Origin: Paramecium tetraurelia
Lineage: Eukaryota
Assembly: GCA_000165425.1 (NCBI GenBank)
Contig: CT868649.1
Location: forward strand, 620,001-684,000
Length of the DNA: 64,000 nt
Direction: 5' to 3'
A program made the position numbers and the translations under genes. Below, one piece after another: positions 36,480 to 51,899 of the stretch. Position 1 is the stretch's first letter; every line of letters starts with the position of its first letter. Below the pieces are notes generated by a model. The model was not told the origin of the DNA. It saw only the letters and a program-made list of their open reading frames with translations, and did no database searches.

Positions 36480-38256
36480 TCTTTTCATGAAGTTGATTGA
36501 GACTATTCGCTATATTCTATTCTTATTATATTAAATTATGAATATCATATATATTAATATCGACCATTTCATCAGTTTAAGTACCAATTTCTATTGACTA
36601 ACTAGAATTACTTATCATTTATTTATTTCTTTAATTATGTTATTCTTTATCACTAAGATGACATTCTTAAAATGATTTATTTAATTATTGCTAATTAAAT
36701 TTAGTGTTTATTTTAGGTATCACTCAAATTATTTTAGTTATTAATAAGTGCATCAGTTATTTTTTTGATATTGCCATTTGTATTTCTACTTTTGTCAATT
36801 GTTTATCCTTCCTTCTCATCTTCTATATACACAATTCTATGTCTTTCCACTAATTTACAAAAATTCATTTTGATAGGTTTCTTTTTAATGGTGGAACTGT
36901 TTTAATTATTTTGTTTTTAGTTGGTTCTTTTATTTTAATTGCTTTTTGACTCTTCAGGTTCCCTATTTGAAAAATGCATGTCTAAATTTATCAAAAAGTC
37001 ATCATAATCTTTAATTTCCGAATTTTCAATCTTTTGTTCATTCTCTAAATTACGTTACGCTACGTATTTGTTCTCAAGTTTATTCTGTTTTTGTTATTAT
37101 TTTTTGAATTTTAACTACAGCATTTAAATAAGAATAATAAACAATATTTAATTTTCAAAGTTATCAATCAGTTTAACCTTTATTTTATCCTTTTTATATT
37201 TATACTATTATTATTTCTGAATAAAAAGCTCTATAATCAAAGATTGATTTCAAAATTTAAAATATTATAATAACAAATTGTTCAATATTTTTTTTTTCTT
37301 ATTAATATTATCTAAAATTCATAGTCTAAAATTGCAATTAGATTACTTTCAAATTCTATTTCTATTTTCAATATCGGATAATCAACTTCTAAACTTTAAA
37401 TCAGTTTACACGTTCTTAGACTTATTATATCTAATGATGGCTTAAAAGTTGACATCAACAAAGTGTTATTGTATATATCATACTAAGATAATGACATTTT
37501 TCTAGAATCTATCACTCTCAACAAACTATAACTTCTCATGTTCCATAGCTTTATTGAATAATCTTTTGCCTAAGTCACAATGATTTAGTCCTTATCTATA
37601 CCATCGATAGTACATTAGCCTTATTGATGGGCATTCCATTACTTTATTATTTTTTGAGATTTTATCGAAAATATTAAAACAAACCCTCCCTTTTACATGA
37701 TGGCAAGGAAAGTTTAATTTTAAAAAAAGCAATAATCTTCAATGTGCTATTAAGATTAATAGAGAATATTAGATGACAATTAACCTTTACTTAATTATCT
37801 AATTTATTCATTATTATGCAATATTCCAAATTAAAAAGCATTATTGGATAGCTTAATCTTCCGAATCTATTATTCATAGCTTAATTCATACTACAAAGAG
37901 AATCCATTTTGCGTTTTTATACTCCAAATTTACACCTATTTATCCAAAAAACCAAAAGCTACCAAATCATTTTAATTTTATATAATCAACAATTCATTCA
38001 CTTTCTTTTAATCAAAAAAATGTTCAAACACAGCCTATCTCTTTGAAACACTCCAAATTTTCACATGTTATTCGGATTTTGAAAATCCAAGTATCAAATC
38101 GCCATTTATTATTTAGATTTTTTCAACTGTCAGCTATTAAGCAGTGATAACTTCAAAAATTTCGAATAATGGGCACTTTTTCTCATGTTTGGAAGTGGTA
38201 TTGATCATTCAATCTTGACTAAATGATAATCCTGTTAATATTAATGACGAATACAT
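36480..38256 (-). pseudogene. Probable decayed WD40 plus coiled-coil gene (boundaries approximate)
   Basis: WNAHQ...IVTQAKDYSIKLWNM and HVKIWSV fragments amid frameshifts and TGAs. Confidence 0.4.
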
Positions 38257-38300
38257 ATTATCATTTGAAATTTTATCTCAATATAAATATATATTAAACT

Positions 38301-38897
38301 TCATTTAAAACTTTATAATTACTTTGTCAATTCTTCAACTTTATTGTGAACTTTAGCTAAATACTGTATTATTTATTTCTCAATTTAAATATACTTGTTT
38401 AACTCATCTTAAACCTTAAGTTTATCAGATTTAAGAATACTTTCATTATTTTCTTCAATCAACTAATCAAATTTCAATTTTTTTCTTTGTATTTTTTAGT
38501 ATTTTTTCTGATTATTACGGCCTAATTCAAGAGTTTATTTATTCTTGTCACCATAATCTGATGATTACTCTGAAAATTTATGAATAGAATCTTAATCTTG
38601 TATTTGATTACTGATTGGATTGCTCATTTGATTACTAATCGGATTGCTTATTGGATTACTAATTGGATTGCTTTACTCTTGACATTAATCTATGATTATT
38701 CGTTTTGATTATTAAGATAATGTGTACTTGGATGGTTCACTTTCTTCAGTCTAAGTATTTATTTTAGAGATATCTTATTATTGAAATTTCTTTAATTTCA
38801 TTACATTTTATATGTATGCTTATTCAAGCCAATTCTATACAGATTTATGTGAAGAGGTTTGGTTCTGAGTTTCATGTGTGTTTTTTTTATTTTTCAT
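38301..38897 (-). CDS. Hypothetical coiled-coil protein, 198 aa
   Basis: Uninterrupted 597-nt code-6 ORF. Confidence 0.65.
38601..38672 (-). repeat. 12-nt coding tandem repeat x6 (SNPI/SNQM/SNQI)
   Basis: AGCAATCCAATT-like units. Confidence 0.85.
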
Positions 38898-38998
38898 GAT
38901 TATTAAAATTTAAACAGTATTGGTTCTTCATTTCAACTCATTGATAATAATTACAATACTAAATTTATTAAAATAAAATTTATTTAATAATACAAATT

Positions 38999-40125
38999 TC
39001 ATGATGAATATAAAGATAATTTTGTTTGAATATACTCATCATTGGGATCAATTTGAGCAGCAATCTTATAAAATTCTAAGAAGTCATCTAATCCTATTTC
39101 TTCCATAATAACAGCTTTGAATTTTAAACATGTAAAAGCCTTTTGGTTTTCTTTCAAAGCGAAGTTATAGTATTTTAGAGACTCTTCCAACATCCCCAAC
39201 ATTCTTAAACAATCAGCCTTGCCAAAGAGGGAGTTAAAATGATTTATGTTCACTTTTAATGCCCTATCAAATAACAATATTGCATCCTCATATCTTTCCA
39301 AAGCTCTTAATGCTTCCCCTATGATATTAAGATATAAATTTAACCTTTTCCAAAATTGTATTCCAATTTTTCATCTGAGTCAAATTTCATGCATCTATCA
39401 TATTCCGCAATAGATTTTTCGAAGGCTCCGGTATTTCTTAGAGCTTCAGCCTTATAAAATATGGCTTCAATATTGGTCGAAGAAATCTCGAGCGATTTAT
39501 CGAATAACTTGATAGCCTCATTAAATTAGCCCTAAGTACATAACTCAAGACCTAAATTAAAGATGAGTAAATTAAACCTTTATCGAAATATTGTTTTGAT
39601 TCATTTTATTTGGTTGTGTTTGGCAATACTACTGTTTATACAGGGTTGCTTTTTCCTTAATCTTCGAATGAATTTAATTTGTAAAGAGAATTCAGAATCT
39701 GGGATAGTCTTCCTACTTGCTCCTATTTCATGAATACAAACTCTTACAGGGTAATTAAAAGAATGAATCTTTTTGAAAAATTAACCGAGATCTTCGATAG
39801 TGTGATTACTAACTGTTTTTCTATAATTTTCTATCGGAGCAATTAATGTTTGAACTGAATGATTGATATTCTTTATGGCTGTTTAAATCTCATATTCCAT
39901 CCTTCTTAAGACCGAAATCATATTCAATTATGCAGCTTCTATAGAGGCGATTTATTGCTCAACTAAGTTAAGTTCTTTAAGATCTTTATCATGATCTTTA
40001 TGCTATTCCTATTTGCATAATTAACATGAGGCAGATCTGAAAGGACATTAAAGATTTAAACAAAGAGACTAAATTTATTGACTTTCATGTCCGGAGACTG
40101 TGCAATTAACAATGTTTTATTGCAT
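38999..40125 (-). CDS. TPR protein with an N-terminal Cys/His (B-box-like) zinc finger
   Basis: CTVSGH...CLNLQC...CQLCKQEQHKDH, then several TPRs (EDAILLFDRALKVN...). Confidence 0.85.
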
Positions 40126-40375
40126 ATTTTATTTACTTTGTAAAATTAAATTAATATTTATTGGGTAGATTTATTAGGCGATTGCATAAATTCTTTAGAG
40201 ATTAGAATACGCGTATATTTAGACCTAATAATAAAAACAATAAGTTCTCCTGAAATTGCATTACTATTGCATAATTTTCATTCTTATTTTCTGTTAGAAT
40301 ATAATTTATTGATTGATTCTTTCGTTTTTGGGATGATAAACAATATAAAATTATGATTAAATCTAAAAACTTTTC

Positions 40376-40998
40376 TCATCTTATTTATACAATCATTGGA
40401 AATCTTTTAAGAATGCTGGTTATCTGAAGCCATTTTGAACAAGAAAATTTTTAAATAATTAAGTAGCTTATAGATTGGATAACTTAATTTATATATTATT
40501 AAGTTGTTAACCGTTCTTTTGCATATATTCTTAATCTCGTTCTTGTAGTTTCAATTTAATTTTCTATTGCAGATCTTTCATTTTCAATTTCTAATCTGTC
40601 AAATCCTAAAGTCCTGGCTTAACACCTAATAGAGTTCTTACGCGATTTCCCTCTAAGTTAATTTTATTTAGTTTTTAATAGGATTAATCAGTGAGAAGAT
40701 GTTTAATCACTCTCTTGTGTTATTCATCATTGGCTTTCTTTTAGAAATTTACAATGTTATTCAGTTTATTTAAACTTGTTGATGTCTTAAAGAAGTTCTT
40801 GTGGTCATTATTTAATGAACTATCACTTTTAACAAGAGAAAGGGTACATGATTTTTCAGTTCTTAGAGGTTTGGAACGATAATGTTTAGTAAGGTAATTA
40901 TCATTGGATAGAATCTTTTACAATCTCAGGTTTGAGGCTTACGAATTTAACAGATTATTCAAGGTTTTTGCATTCTATCTATTTTATACATTTGACAT
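40376..40998 (-). CDS. Hypothetical protein (3' end uncertain)
   Basis: Long code-6 frame from MSNVQNRQNAKTL. Confidence 0.45.
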
Positions 40999-41012
40999 TC
41001 TTAATAAAATTA

Positions 41013-42629
41013 ATGTTAAGAAGAGATAGTACATTAAGTAAATAATCCCTGGAAGATGAGAACCAGATTAAATAGGAGAGCGAAGTTTTGAAAATAGTCC
41101 AGATTTTAAGCATGGAATCATATGAGCGAACTATAATGCAATTGAATTATGTGGCTAGGAGATTAGAAAGATCATTTACATATTTCAAGTATTAGATAAT
41201 TGTCAGTATAGAAAATTGAAATCTCAGTTGAGAGAAGACATTCTCCTTAAATTAATAAAGTCTCTATTAATAGAGAGGTTCAAATAATATGAGACAGTGT
41301 TTAATTAAGGAGAAACTGGACGAAAAATGTATTTCGTTTTAGAGGGGGAAGTGTCGATACTTGTGAAAAATTAGGACCATATTGACACTGCCATCAACTA
41401 GAAGAAATGTAATAGGAGTCTTATATATAGATAAATTGAAAAAATTTGAAGATGTTTTGGCTATTCGTTTCCCGAATTTCAGATAGGTAGCAACCAAAAA
41501 GTAGTTTGACTATTTCGGAGAAATAGCAATAGAGCAGAGAATACCGAGAACAGCTACTGTGGTTGCAAAGGAATCCACAACTTTGGCTGTGTTGACTTAC
41601 GAATCTTATTAAAAGCTTTTACGAGATATTACTTAAGAAGCCATCACAATAAGATCAGAGCTCATTGCTCAGATGTACCCTTTTGATTAATTGAATGAAT
41701 CTTCGTTGCAACAATTATTGCATGATTATGAAGAAATTAATCTAAATGGAGGAGCATTATTATTTAAACGAATGCAGAAAGCAGATTGTCTCTATTTAAT
41801 TATCTCTGGGGAAGTGCTGGTATAAAAGTGGGAAGCAGTAAAAAATAAAGAAGAATCTGAGGAAGATGATGTAGTTGAAACTAATGTTTTAAGCAAGCCA
41901 AGCAAAGTCTTAGTTAATTTAGGAGTTTTTGGTAGAGGATAAATGATTGGGGATTTTGAATAGTTTCTTAGTTTGAAATCACCAACTCCTCTATTAAGAT
42001 GCACTCAAGGGGTAGTTCAAAATTAGGTTAAAGTCTATAGAATTTGGTACAGTTAATTTAATGAAATCATCAGACACACTTTAGGTATGAATTGGTATGA
42101 AAATTACTTGAATGAGAAATATTAACAAAAATAAAATCATAGCATTCCTAAAATCAAAGTAACCAATAGAACTGTTAGAACATAATCAAATATCACTATT
42201 CTAAATGGAATGAAAGATCCCTCTTATATCAAAATTTCAAGTGATAGATATAAAATTGTCAAAAATGTTGATGAGAAATTACCCACTGTCTCTAAATAAT
42301 CTCCCAAAAGAAAGTTGTAATTGACTATCGATTATAAAGATAAAACTAATCTTAAATATTATAATGCTGTTAGTCCTAATCTATAAAATAAACCTCAATT
42401 AAATACAAACTAAAATTTCTCAATGAAATACTTTGCAACTTCATTGAAACAGAAGATATTGGATTAAAAGAATGAAGAATAAACTAGTTTAAATTTTGGA
42501 TCTACTAAGTATTTAAAAACTGAGCCTTCTACTGAGTAAAATATTCCAACATGCAATACTATTTTATTGTCTCCTAGGTATTCTAAACTTATCAAAAAAG
42601 AACCTAGCATTCATAGATTCAAATCTTGA
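41013..42629 (+). CDS. Protein with two cyclic-nucleotide-binding domains
   Basis: VFNQGETGRKMYFVLEGEV, YFGEIAIEQRIPRTATVVA; second degenerate CNBD (LYLIISGEV, GQMIGDFE). Confidence 0.88.
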
Positions 42630-43630
42630 TTGTATTTAAATAACAATTATTGTTCAATTCAATATCATTACTGATTCATTCTGCATATCAACTAGACCAA
42701 TCATCTTTGCTTCTTTTTATATTTTATAATATGAATCAAAAGCATAATTCCCTTACAACTTCGAATTAATGGAAAAACAGAATTTTTTTATTTAATTATA
42801 GTTTTTTTAATAAAATTTTAGAGATCATATCTCCTTTGTTAATTTTATAATCATATTGTCATTTTTTTCATTAATCTATTTGAAGGAAGATTTCTAATGC
42901 ATAGATCAGCTTTATCATCAGATATTTTATCGAGATCATCAAATTCATTATACTTTTCATTAGTGATTCCTTAAATTTAATTAGGTAATGCAGATCTCTG
43001 CTCTGATCTGTTTCTTTAATGTTTTCTATAGTCATACTTCTACAATTTTTAAGTTTGGCTCTTCTATCTTTTTTTTGTTTATTTTCCAATTTAGAGATAA
43101 TTCAATTGAAGATCATCATCCTCACATGTCGCTTTAGGTTGAAACCTGTCTGTTTATCGCTTTCTTTGCTGCCTTTCTTATTCTATTTCAGGCACAAATC
43201 TCCTGATTGGGGTTCTTGGTTCATACTATTAGATCATAGAAGGGCTACTAATAGAGGGAATAACTCTTTTTTCTTATGAAGCCTTTTTCTTCTTGTCTTG
43301 CTCCATTCTGTTCCAATAAAAAAATGAGAGAATCATAATAGTGTATAGATTGTAAAAACTTGTTTTACAAAATTAAATTTAATACAAGACCATGAATTTA
43401 AAATAATATTAATATTTAGAATTGATCTTATTTTAAATATCTTAAGTCAGAAATATTGGTCACTTTAAACCATCTAATAAGGTAAATAAAAAATTAAATC
43501 CAGAATTATGGATTTAATTTTTTACTTTTTATTTCCTTCTTAAATAGATACATCTAAAAATAGGAGATTGGTTAAGACACTAATTTTTTTATGGTTTTAT
43601 TTATTTTGTGAATATTAATTAATAAATAAA

Positions 43631-46600
43631 ATGACAAATAGACATTTAATTTTCTTTAACTTAAATAAAAAGGTAACAGATAACTCATATCGATCAGATT
43701 AAATATTAAAGACATCTGTTTCCGATACAGATAAAACACCTAAAGATTAGATTATTAAATAATTTGTGGAATAATCTAAGCAAAGACTATGTAAGCAGAT
43801 ATAACAAATTTTATAGAGACATCGTAATTTCTAGAGAAACGCAATAAATGTAATTCAAATGCCTTGAAATCCATATTGTAATCTTAACAACATTGTGAGT
43901 TTATTAAACTTCAAAGTCCAAAGTCTAATAAATATAGTTAAACTATATTCTAAAAACTTCTTAATTCATAAGATAATGTGTCGAAAAGACATCAAATTTT
44001 AGAAATTGAAAGAAATTTCACGCAATGCATCAATAATGAAAATAGAGGTGATTTTTTATAAAAAATGGAAGGATTCATAAAAGACCTTTTGTTTGAGGAG
44101 TTCAGAGAATTATCATTCCTGTTTAGTTCATTTGTCAAAGAGATGTAATTCAATTTGTCAGAACAGCAAAGCTAATTAACAATGACTTAGAAATAACAAG
44201 AAAAAATATATTTGGAGAATATTTAGACATAAAAATAGTAATTTTTAGAAAAAATCACTAATTTAGAATTAATTATCAATTCTAGAGACAAGAAAATAAA
44301 TGAAATAAAGGAGAATAATTTAAAGATTGAAAAAGATATCTCAGAATTGATTAGTAGGAATAGTGCGCTCATATAAAAAGTTGAATAAAGAAATAAAATA
44401 ATAAATAGATATGATAAAATGATAAAGCAATAAGATTCTGAAATATCAATTCTACGACAGAAAATACAGTGCTACGAGAACAAATTACATTAAAGTTATG
44501 AAACCATCTAACAATTAACTCTTTTACAGAATAATAAATCATCAAATAATCAATTAAATCGATAATCAACTGGTTAATTAAATCGATAATCAACACTTTA
44601 ATTAAATCGTCAATAAACTATATAATTAATAAGACAATAAACAATTTAGACTCATTCTCCTATAATTTTAGATGGTGATGATTAAAATGATAGTCCTCTA
44701 ACTGATACTTTAAATGAAATACAACAATAGGAAGAAGAATAACTTAATTAACTAGAAATAAATTTTGAAAGAATTATAAAGTAAGCATAAAAAGAACAAT
44801 AAGTTGAAGTAGATTTGCTTCCATTTTATTCAAAGGAAATAGAAATTTAGACTGAGTTAACATTGATTGATTCATAATTTGATATTATCTCGCAAACCAA
44901 TATCAATAATGCTGTGAGATACACTGAATTTATAGAAAAAGTAGGTAGAAAAGGATCAGAGGAGAGTTTGATTGATTAGATAATCGACGAAACCTATGAT
45001 TAATTGGATGTTGCTTAAAATCATAAAAAAAATATAGAAATGAATAAATCTCAATTCTCAATGATCAAATCAGGTTATTCACAAAATGGATAAAATGCAT
45101 AATAATAGAATACATAATAATAAATCCCTACTCTAACAAGATGTGACTCAAACATCATTAATAATTAACCTCCAATTAAGAAGGAATCCAAGTCAAAATA
45201 AGTTTTATCTTTTATTTCTTTTTTGAAGTCTCGGATGCAACAGTAGGAATAAGAGATACAGTATTACAATGAATAAATAACTCAATTCGAATTAAATGCC
45301 TAAAATGCAAATACGCAAATGGATGAACTGCAAAAGGAAAATGAAAGGTTGCAAATTTAATTAGCATAACTGAATTCTAAAATTTAATAATCTCAATAAT
45401 CTCATAGTTAATCCGATCTTAAATAGTAGGATGATGATGTACATTAATCACAAGATTCATTAGTAATTAATAGTCAGAAACGTGTATCGGTGTTAATCAA
45501 ACAAGGAACATTTAAGGAAACAAAAAAGCAGAGAAAGGCTCCTTAATTAGGTTAGAAAGTTGTAATTTCTTATGATTTTTAAAAAGATTAATCCAAAAAG
45601 ATAATCGAAAAGTTAAAAAATAAATAAATGTAGAAGTTCAATAATTATATGCCTGTCAAATTAGTTTTAAAATACATAACTACATTATATAATGAAAAGT
45701 TGCAGAGTCAGAAGGAGTACAAATAGATAAAAGATTAAGATATGGGTTCATATATATATAACTATTATTTATAATAATTTGGATTTACTAAAGTAACTGA
45801 ATAAAAGTATTAAGTTTTGCTGTTATCAGTGAAAAAGAACATAAAAGTAATTAGAATCAATATGTTTGCAAGATTTATGGGACTATTGGAATTGAATGTT
45901 AATTATACAGTAGAGGAATAATAGAAATATTTGGAAGCTTGGGATTTTATGAATACTCAATAGAATTTAGGATAAAGTTTAAAAGATAATGAGTCAGAGA
46001 TGAAGATGTATGTACCTTTTGTAAGGGCTTTGTCATATATTGGGTAATTAATATTCAGTCCATAAAATGATGAATTAGTATAATTAAAGCATGAGGTAGA
46101 GTTATTGAAAGAAAACGATCCAAAAAATATCAATAAATAAGGAATAATCGATTTTGATTTGATGATGATCAAAGTATTATAAGTTTTTAGGAATACAGTT
46201 GAGAAAACAAAGTTGTATGTAATTAATGCATTTGCAGCGAGTGATTTAGATGGGAATGGGATGTGCAATTTGGATGAATTTTTAATTTTAAATAAATACA
46301 TAGAAGCTGACAAATATGATGAGGATAAGTGGATTGAGGTATTCGAAGATAATGCAGATATTGTTACAGAAGAGGAGAGGGCATTGTCTTTTGAAAGATT
46401 TTCAATTTTGTGCATGGAATACAATTTGTTTAGTGATCAAGCGTAGAATAAGTTCCTGTAAATCAAACGTAAGAATTAATCCATGTTAATTTAGATAATC
46501 ATGATAGTTAGATGAAATTTGAATAGCTTAGAGATTCATGGCCAAAAGATTTTATAAATTTCAATTAGAAATTGTAGAATGCTTAGATTGATGAACATTA

Positions 46601-46730
46601 CAAGGAATAATGGTCGAAGATTTTAGAAGTATTGAACTAGAAAATATTGGAAAATCCTGAGTAAAAGAAACCTCTTTTAATTGCTTACAAAATCTTTCTC
46701 AATGAAAGTAAGGTTAATAAGGCTTAATGA
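43631..46730 (+). CDS. Large coiled-coil protein with C-terminal EF-hand(s)
   Basis: About 1000-codon Q-rich frame; EF-hand DLDGNGMCNLDE; internal QLNRQST x3 repeat at about 44549-44620. Confidence 0.8.
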
Positions 46731-46757
46731 TTGATTTTATTATATAAATATTTAAAA

Positions 46758-48446
46758 ATGGGAAATCAATGTACTTCTGGTGATAACGATTCATATGCAA
46801 ATACAACTAAGGCTATCGTAATAAATGAGTAGTTCATTGAAGGAGAGAGACCTGCGATTTGTTAGGAACATGGGAAATTCAACGATGACGATGCCATTGT
46901 ATAATATGAATTGATAATGTCAAGGATGTCGTCATTACTAATGAATCAAATTATGGCAGAAAATCCTTGAGTCAAAACTATATGAAACAGGCCAACTATG
47001 TTCTTTAAGACAATGTTGAATTGAAGCTATCTTATAGTGTAATTTTGGTGACTACTTTAGGGATTACCAACTCAAGGTACTTAAGCCGTTCTATTGTCTG
47101 TCTAAACTAAAAATCAAGCTATAACTATTAGATAAGGAATTGATTTAGTAATTCTCAATTAAACCCTTAGATATGTTTGATTGATCATAGTGGAAGCATG
47201 AGTGGAGAGAAGATGCACTTAGTAAAGAAATCCTTAAAGCATCTGTTAAAGATGTTGTAACCTAATGATCGATTATGTTTGATAGAATTTGATGATCAAA
47301 ACTATAGATTGACTAGATTGATGAGAGCAACATAGGAGAACATGTACAAGTTCTTGATTGCTATTGATACCATAGAAGCCAATGGAGCAACAGACATTGG
47401 AAATGCAATGAAGATGGCATTATCCATTTTAAAACACAGAAGATTCAAAAATCCTATTGCCTCTATATTTTTATTGTCTGATGGTGAGGATGAGGGAGCA
47501 GCAGGAAGAGTGTGGAATGATATTCAATCAAAGAATATCAAGGAACCATTTACAATCAATACCTTCGGCTTTGGTAGAGATTGTTGTCCCAAAATTATGT
47601 CAGAAATTGCTCATTTCAAAGAAGGTCAATTCTATTACATTTCTGAAATCTCAAAAATAGATGAGTGTTTTTTTGAAGCTTTGGGAGGTGAAGCATCAGT
47701 TATTGCTTATAATACTCACATTACAATATCATGCAAAAAAAACACAATTAAAAAAGTTTATGGTGATAAATGGGCATTAAATTTATAAGAATAATCATTT
47801 TCTATCTACCAACCTTAATTACAGTTTGGTGTGAGGAAAGACTTTATAGTTGAAACATCTGTTCCAATTGGAATGATGGATGAGATCATAACTGTAAAAA
47901 TGCACACTGATTCGGTTGAGACTAGTGAAAGATTTACAATTGAACAATTTATCAATATAGTACCTAATATGGTAGCTGAGTAAATTGTATTTCAGTATTT
48001 AACATTATCTAACCATTAGGGAAGTGATGTCTCATTATTACAGAGTCTAGGCTGCTGAAACTTTCAGAAATGCACTCAATTTAGGCTATAATCTACAATA
48101 CTAGTAGGCTCAAGCAACCATAACCGCACTACAATAGTAAATCTATTAGATGAATCTCAACAATCCTATGATTAACTTAGTCTATTTAGATTTGCAATAA
48201 GCTCTGAGATATTGTGATTCGATGTAGAATTCTTTATGATTTTATAGGTTCTTCAATTAAGAGGGTAGACACTATTTAACTTAATTGTACATGATCCACA
48301 TGTATCAATAACCGAGAGGCATTGAGATTGTATCCAACGATCCAAAAATGCAGGCGACATGCGTATATCAGAATGAACTGCAGAAACAATACATTCTATA
48401 ATTAAGACAAATGAAAATCAATAATCCTGATTAATTTTAAAATTGA
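46758..48446 (+). CDS. von Willebrand factor A domain protein, putatively N-acylated
   Basis: MGNQC; ICLIDHSGSM (MIDAS), GATDIG, LLSDG, INTFGFG. Confidence 0.92.
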
Positions 48447-48531
48447 AACAATGCGAATAAAGACAATCTCATACTTATACAAATAAATCTCTTACTTAAA
48501 TAAAGGATAATAAAATAATGGTGTTTATAAT

Positions 48532-49348
48532 TCATTTCTTTCTTTATCTCTTTTATGATTTATCATTATTTATTACTTAGATAATTTCCCTTTACAAATC
48601 ATCATCCACGTCTTAATTATTTTTGGATTTAGAAGAGTTCCCTTTTTATGACTTATCTTATGTAGTTTATTATATTGGTTAGTCATCATCAGAATTTATG
48701 TTTTGACTGACTTTCTTCTATGTTTATTATTGTTTGATTTATTGCTGATGTTTAGCTGCTGGTTGTATTGATTCAGAATCTACATCATTAAAAGGGTAAT
48801 CTTATCCCGATTTCACAGATTTATCATCAAGCTAAACCCTATTAATTGAAATACCTTTTCAGATTTCTTTCTCTTTTTCTCATTTGTATTTAAACCATGT
48901 TTATCATTATAGACTTTTAAGTCTCCATCATATTTATTTTTGGCTTCATTATATTAATCAACGTAAGGCTTAGATATTTATAAGGATGTTTACTTGTTTC
49001 TCTTCTTCACTCATAGAATTCCATTTTTAGCCGGCCATTTATGAAATTTGAGTCAGTTTTACTTCTAATGAATAATCCCTCTAATCAATACCTGGATTCC
49101 TTTCCAATACCTTATCACGGTATTTCTGGCTGAATAAGAAGAAGGGAGTAAGAGGTCTCTTAGGAGCATTGGGATCTCGTTCTTTTTTCTTCTCTGGTTT
49201 ATCATTGTTAAATTCAATAATGGGTTATCCCTTCAAAAATTGCTGACAATACTATTCCATGTTGGCAAAAAAAATTTAGAATTTCCTGGCGATATCTAAA
49301 CTCTAAAATGTAATGGTGAAATTTGTTTACAAATTGTTTGTCTTCCAT
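48532..49348 (-). CDS. HMG-box protein (NHP6/HMGB-like)
   Basis: RDPNAPKRPLTPFFLFSQKYR...NPEVKLTQISQMAGQKWNSMSEEEKQPY; 3 clear introns. Confidence 0.93.
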
Positions 49349-49629
49349 TTTCCCAATAAATGATTATATTAAAAAATAATATGTAACCTCGTATTATTTA
49401 CCAATAAAATTAAGAATTATATTAATTGTTTAACATATAACAACCAAGCTAAATTAATCATAAACCCATTTAAAATTGCATTCCCTATTAATCTACTTCT
49501 TAGACTTTCCCTATTCATTTTCATTCTGATTCAACCCTTATCAATAATGAAATTAGTAACTGTACGTGAACATTTGTATGTCTAAAAATCTAAAATCAAT
49601 TAATAAACAATTAATATATAAAAAATCAA

Positions 49630-49884
49630 ATGGGAGTTTGTCAGTCCTAAAAAAATTCGTCGCAATTGAAACGAAGCGGAGCCTAGTAGTTTATTTTCAT
49701 TGACTTTGACAAATTAAAGAAATATAATGAGGAACGACAGAACCTTGACAAAAACAATGGTCAATAGCAATCCTTCTGTTAGATTATTTGCTTGGATAAT
49801 AATAATAATAATAAAAGCTCTAATCCTCAAACCTAAACATACAATAATGTTTAGACCTAATAAATTGAAATTAAAAAAGAGTGA
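49630..49884 (+). CDS. Small putatively N-acylated protein, 84 aa
   Basis: MGVCQS start, 255-nt ORF, IFIDFDKLKKYNEER core. Confidence 0.65.
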
Positions 49885-50596
49885 TTTCTTTTATTTTATT
49901 TAATCCACTCAAATATATGAACTCTTTATTATTTGCTTACTATCCATGAAAAGATCTTTCATTCAAAAATAAGTCTCAGAAGGGCCAACTAAATAAAATA
50001 TCAAGAATTAAATTCAAGAAGCCCAAACTGTTTGGTTTCTAAATGATAAATAGATGTACGTCCGAGAAACATCAAGCCACCTGGTGAAATTTTGTTACAT
50101 CCAATAAGAAATGGCGATTCTTGAAACAACAATCGATCCGAAATTTTTGAAATCATGAGATTTCTTCTGACTCCTACAACAAAACTAACAGATTAGATAA
50201 TGAATGTTATCGTAATTTTGTTTTGATTCAGTTTGAATATTTCACCTTACTGTCAGAAGTACCTCTGAGTTTAAAAATATTTATATATACATTTTTCAAC
50301 TTTTAAAAAGATATGATAAATTAAAAATAAAAGGAATTTAAGTGGAGGGGATTTCCAAGATTTTTTAATTAATTAGAAATACGTATATAAGTTTTGGATT
50401 TCAATATATTAAGTCAATAATGCACTTTCTAGAAGGAATTAGTTTTATAATTAAAAAGCAATAAATGATTTTATAATATTATTTATATTAATTCTTTATA
50501 ATACAATTATCAAATTATTGAAATAATTATATTACAAATTTACCAATAAATTAGAAGAGCACAAAATTAATACAAAATAACTACTAAATAGTATTA

Positions 50597-51854
50597 TCAA
50601 TTTTTTCTAGAATTGTGATGTGCTTTATACATATCTAGAACTTATTCCCAAGTTTGTAACTTAGCAAGCAAGAAGGTTTTTAAATTTTTTCTAAATAGTA
50701 ATCATTTCATACTGATTATATTCTCGAATATCATCTGTGCCAACCATTCCATTGAGATATTTGGCTAGGAAAAGCAACTGCTTATCCAGCTTATTATCAT
50801 AGAATGGAACAATGGGGATGCCATTATCAAGTTAGAAGAAGTAACTAATCGCAGAGTTATCTACTAGAACAGTCTTAGAAAGTGGCCGATTCTTGATAAT
50901 GGACAAATCCTTGACATATTAGCCTTGATCAGAGAAGCAACAATGCTCTCTCGACAGGACTCGAGATATGATTCTCTTCGGATCAATGTACTCGACGATC
51001 TAGGTAGATGAGTGAACTTACTCGTTTAGCATATGATCCATGTGAGGCAGTGAACACGATGATCTCAAAATTAGGTTCCAACAATTCGAGCATTGCCTGT
51101 AAACCAGGTCGAACAGAGACGCCAACTTAAAATGTTTCATCTTAAGAAAGTTTGATGATTAGCTTTTTGTCACAAGGCAATTTCAGATCTAGCGTGCAAT
51201 GTACCATGGTCTCATCCAAATCAAGTAGTACTGTATACTTTTTATTATTATCTAGTTCAAAAATTGAGTATTACCTTTTGGATCCTTTGGGATAATCACT
51301 GGTTTTGGTCTGTAAATTATCTTGGAATTAGCACATTATTTAAATGACATGAAGCTTGATTAAAAATGATCCTTGAAAAGTCTGTTGAAATAGTTATCCT
51401 TACTTTCAAAAGCAGTGACAACATCAGAAATATAATAAATTGAGTTAGTATCATGCATGCTTGTGTTTTGAACTATCCTTGGCGAGTCTTTGATGGAGAA
51501 TGCATCACTATTCTATTTGGTGATGGGTCTGTAGATTAATTTGGGAGCTGTTTATTTTCTGCTTAAAACTCTTTGATTGTCTGGAATGTTTTGTTTCTCG
51601 AAGGTTTCATTGGGTTCTGTTTTTTGAATGAAATTTTATTTCAAAACTCGAGACACATTCTTAAGAGTGAGTACTCTACTTGGAGTGACTTAATATATTT
51701 TGTCAATAGACATCGAATTCTCAGTCTGATTGTTGCGCTAGGTTTTCAGTATATCATATCGTAAGTTAATGGAATCAGTTCTCTTTGGTTAACGAGCAGT
51801 TAATTATGGTTGTAGAAATTTAAGATTTGGTGAACTCTTTTGATGTCCTCTCAT
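50597..51854 (-). CDS. FCP1/SCP (NIF-domain) HAD-family CTD phosphatase
   Basis: LLDLDETMVH, RPGL, IVFTAS..YA, YVKDLS, VLVDNS, NGIPI. Confidence 0.95.
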
Positions 51855-51899
51855 TTATTATTTTTATTTAATTAATTTTACCCTATCATACAAAACTAT

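Noticed and set aside
38601..44620. Short tandem repeats as CRISPR-like or mobile-element signals
   Set aside because: 12-nt and 24-nt in-frame coding repeats with no spacers or terminal repeats
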